This document shows, one piece after another, positions 14,981 to 16,454 of a stretch of 16,454 bases of DNA (position 1 is the first letter of the stretch; the number at the start of each line of letters is the position of its first letter). The DNA comes from Promethearchaeota archaeon (lineage in GTDB: Archaea > Asgardarchaeota > Lokiarchaeia > Sigyniarchaeales > SOKP01). The position numbers and the translations under genes are program-made. Below the pieces are notes generated by a model. That model saw nothing but the letters and a program-made list of their open reading frames with translations. It was not told where the DNA came from and searched no databases. The stretch spans positions 1 through 16,454 of the forward strand of contig JABCSY010000092.1 in NCBI GenBank assembly GCA_018238625.1, in the 5' to 3' direction.

Positions 14981-16454
14981 TAGTAATAGTAAAGAAAAAG
15001 TTAAGTCCGGATATATTTCATCTATAAACGGGTCCTTAATAGAAATAAAAGGGTTAGAGGACTATGTACGCTTAAACGATTTAATTAAGGAGTCTAAGCA
15101 CAAAATTTTAGGTGAAGTCATCCAAATTTATTCTGATCATGTTACTGCTCAATGTTTTGAAAATACTTCTAATTTAAAATTAAATGAAGAAATTATTAGT
15201 TTACAAGAACCCTTATCGATGGAATTAGGTCCTGGTTTATTAGGAAATATCTTTGATGGTATTCAAAGACCATTGGAAGCAACTTTTTTGAGTGCTAAAG
15301 GTGGCGGATTCTTAAAGAGAGGCGTTGATTTACCTGCTTTATCAAGAACGAAAGCTTGGCATTTTAAACCAATAAAAAAGATAAATGATTATGTAAGTAC
15401 GGGTTATATCGTTGGAACCGTTCAGGAAACAGAACTTATTGAACATAAAATTATGATTCCATTAGGGGTTTCCGGAAAAATAACATATATTGCAGAAGAA
15501 GGAGAATATAAAGTCAGTGATGAAGTGTACCGCTTGAAAAATGGTTCCAAAGAAAAATCATTTAATATGATTCAAAAATGGCCAATCACCAAAAATAGAC
15601 CTTATAAAGAGCGAGGCTTTCCTAATGAACCACTAATTACGGGAATGAGGGTAATCGATCTATTGTTTCCAATAGTAAAAGGAGGGACAGTTGCCGTCCC
15701 TGGAGGTTTTGGAACGGGTAAAACGGTAATCCAGCAATCTCTAGCAAAATGGTGTGATGCAAATATAATTATCTTTGTTGGATGCGGGGAGCGTGGGAAC
15801 GAGATTGCAGATGTATTAAAACAGTTTTCTGAAATAACAGACCCAAAAAGTGGACGTCCGTTGTTAGAACGAATTGTTATCCTAGCTAATACATCTAATA
15901 TGCCCGTATCTGCGCGAGAAGCAAGTATCTTTTCTGGAGTTACAATTGGGGAATATTATAGAGATATGGGGTACGATGTTGCAGTTTTAGCAGACAGTAC
16001 TTCAAGATGGGCAGAATCGTTACGGGAAATCTCAGGATTATTAGAAGAAATGCCAGCTGAAGAAGGATATCCCGCTTATTTACCCTCTAAAATTTCTAGC
16101 TTTTATGAAAGAGCCGGTGTGGTTAAGATATTGGGTGAAAATGATTCTGAAAAAGAGAAATACGGGTCTTTAACTATTATTGGTTCAGTTTCACCGCCTT
16201 CAGGAGATTTCAGTGAGCCCGTTACTTCAACCACAAAGCGCTTTGTTCAAGCTTTTTGGGCATTAGATGCGAGTTTAGCGTATTCTAAACATTATCCCGC
16301 GATTAATTGGTTAAATTCATATTCAAAATATCCTGAATTCATCTCAGATTGGTGGCTTGAAAGAGATATTTATTGGCCTGAGATAGATATAGATTGGTAC
16401 GAGTGTAGAAAACAAATAAATAGCATCCTATCTCAAGAAAACGAACTAAAAAAT
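14967..16454 (+). CDS. atpA: A/V-type ATP synthase catalytic subunit A (3'-truncated by the window edge)
   Basis: ATG 14967 gives [29 protein letters not shown]..., then [19 protein letters not shown]-loop PGGFGTGKT (about 15699-15725), [31 protein letters not shown] and [13 protein letters not shown]. It is missing from the ORF track because there is no stop in the window. Confidence 0.96.
   Translation, partial: MRKSNSNSKEKVKSGYISSINGSLIEIKGLEDYVRLNDLIKESKHKILGEVIQIYSDHVTAQCFENTSNLKLNEEIISLQEPLSMELGPGLLGNIFDGIQRPLEATFLSAKGGGFLKRGVDLPALSRTKAWHFKPIKKINDYVSTGYIVGTVQETELIEHKIMIPLGVSGKITYIAEEGEYKVSDEVYRLKNGSKEKSFNMIQKWPITKNRPYKERGFPNEPLITGMRVIDLLFPIVKGGTVAVPGGFGTGKTVIQQSLAKWCDANIIIFVGCGERGNEIADVLKQFSEITDPKSGRPLLERIVILANTSNMPVSAREASIFSGVTIGEYYRDMGYDVAVLADSTSRWAESLREISGLLEEMPAEEGYPAYLPSKISSFYERAGVVKILGENDSEKEKYGSLTIIGSVSPPSGDFSEPVTSTTKRFVQAFWALDASLAYSKHYPAINWLNSYSKYPEFISDWWLERDIYWPEIDIDWYECRKQINSILSQENELKN

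Noticed and set aside
15699-15803. Intein in ATPase subunit A
   Set aside because: The GKT and GCGERGNE regions where VMA inteins insert are contiguous and uninterrupted.

Overview
AT-rich archaeal window; the gene content and composition suggest a Lokiarchaeia/Asgard-type anaerobe, which is an inference rather than a database result. From left to right: the 3' part of a small Sm/LSm-like ORF; a D-Ala-D-Ala-ligase-like ATP-grasp gene and a PLP ornithine/alanine-racemase-family gene, bracketed by an exact 19-bp direct repeat; a cobalamin-binding mutase-like gene coupled to an opine dehydrogenase; a minus-strand 2-hydroxyacyl-CoA dehydratase system (activator plus two subunits); two tandem VIT1/CCC1-family paralogs divergent from a DUF47/PhoU-like gene; and the start of an A/V-type ATP synthase operon (K/c, C, H/G-like, F, E, partial A). 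The standout observation is in the dehydratase activator gene, which the ORF track splits in two. It is interrupted exactly at the conserved MNDK|CAAGTG motif by a 35-nt insert that folds into a canonical bulge-helix-bulge (BHB), and cleavage at the standard positions restores an intact 259-aa protein. This is a candidate tRNA-endonuclease-spliced mRNA intron in a metabolic gene. ATP synthase subunit C also appears to start at a non-canonical ACG codon.
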